This document shows positions 62,857 to 64,000 of a stretch of DNA of 64,000 bases, piece by piece. The stretch spans positions 17,484,001-17,548,000 of the forward strand of contig NC_058382.1 in the NCBI RefSeq assembly GCF_018350175.1, in the 5' to 3' direction. Made by a program: the position numbers and the translations under genes. Source of the stretch: Felis catus. Its lineage: Eukaryota. The notes under the pieces were generated by a model, which was given only the letters and a program-made list of their open reading frames with translations, was not told the DNA's origin and did not search any database. Numbering within the stretch: position 1 is the stretch's first letter; every line of letters begins with the position of its first letter.

Positions 62857-64000
62857 GTACAGCGAAGGAAACAATCAGCAAAACTAAAAGGCAACCTACA
62901 GAATGGGAGAAGATATTTGCAAATGACATATCAGATAAAGGGTTAGTATCCAGAATCTATAAAGAACTTATCAAACTGAACACCCAAAACACAAATAACC
63001 CAGTGAAGAAATGGGCAAAAGACATGAATAGACACTTCTCCAAGGAAGACATCCAGATGGCCAACCGACACATGAAAAAATGCTCAACATCACTCGTTAT
63101 CAGGAAAATACAAATCAAAATCACAATGAGCTATCACCTCACACCTGTCAGAATGGCTCACATTAACAACTCAGGCAACAACAGATGTTGGGGAGGATGC
63201 GGAGAAAAGAGGATCTCTTTTGCACAGCCGGTGGGAATACAAACTGGTGCAGCCACTCTGGAAAACAGTATAGAAGTTTCTCAAAAAATTAAAAATAGAG
63301 GGGTGCCTGGGTGTCTCAGTTGGTTAAGCATCTGACTTCAGCTCAGGTCATGATCTCACGGTTCATGGGTTCGAGCTCCACATCAGGCTCTGTGCTGACA
63401 GCTCAGAGCCTGAAGCCTGCTTTGGTTTCTGTGTCCCCCCCCTCTCTGCCCCTCCCTTGCTTATGCTCTGTCTCTCTCTCAAATATAAACATTAAAAAAA
63501 TAAGTCATTAAAAAATTAAAAATAGAACTAACCCTGCAACCCAGCAATTGCACTACTAGGTATTTATCCAGGGATATAGGTGTGCTGTTTCAAAGAGGCA
63601 CATGCATCCCAATGTTTATAGCAGCACTACCAACAATAGCCAAANNNNNNNNNNNNNNNNNNNNNNNNNNNNNNNNNNNNNNNNNNNNNNNNNNNNNNNN
63701 NNNNNNNNNNNNNNNNNNNNNNNNNNNNNNNNNNNNNNNNNNNNNNNNNNNNNNNNNNNNNNNNNNNNNNNNNNACTAGAGAGTATTATGCTAAGCGAAG
63801 TTAGTCAGTCAGAGAAAGACAAATATCATGACTTCACTCATATGAAGACTTCAAGATACAAAACAGATGAACGTAAGGGAAGGGAAGCAAAAATAATACA
63901 AAAACAGGGAGGGGAACAAAACATAAGAAACTCTTAAATACAGAGAACAAACAGAGGGTTACTGGAGGGATTGTGGGAGGGGGGAATGGGCTAAATGGGT
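62857..64000 (+). mobile_element. 5'-truncated LINE-1 (ORF2 C-terminus and 3'UTR), interrupted by a SINE
   Basis: [55 protein letters not shown]..; PMFIAAL; LESIMLSEVSQSEKDKYH. Confidence 0.95.
63300..63509 (+). mobile_element. Can-SINE nested in the L1
   Basis: 17-bp TSD AAAAAATTAAAAATAGA at 63283-63299 and 63510-63526. Confidence 0.9.

Overview
Mammalian genomic DNA, most likely a felid (dense carnivore tRNA-derived Can-SINEs, an L1 3' end), from the block syntenic to human 19q13.12. On the + strand are the 3' exons of THAP8 and complete CLIP3 (547 aa), ALKBH6 (238 aa) and SYNE4 (~392 aa). On the - strand is single-exon SDHAF1 (118 aa). The right 40% (36.4-62.1 kb, - strand) holds a large gene outside the familiar human gene set for this block as I recall it. 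It has 16 GT-AG exons that splice into one uninterrupted frame of about 2,436 aa, with 5' exons beyond the window. The product is a divergent IgGFc-binding protein (FCGBP)-like protein with 6 VWD, 5 C8 and 6 TIL domains. All six GDPH self-cleavage motifs are absent, a disulfide pair is lost jointly in four domains, and a decapeptide-repeat linker is inserted. Five N gaps of 130-146 nt are present. Comparisons to human proteins are from memory, not from a search.
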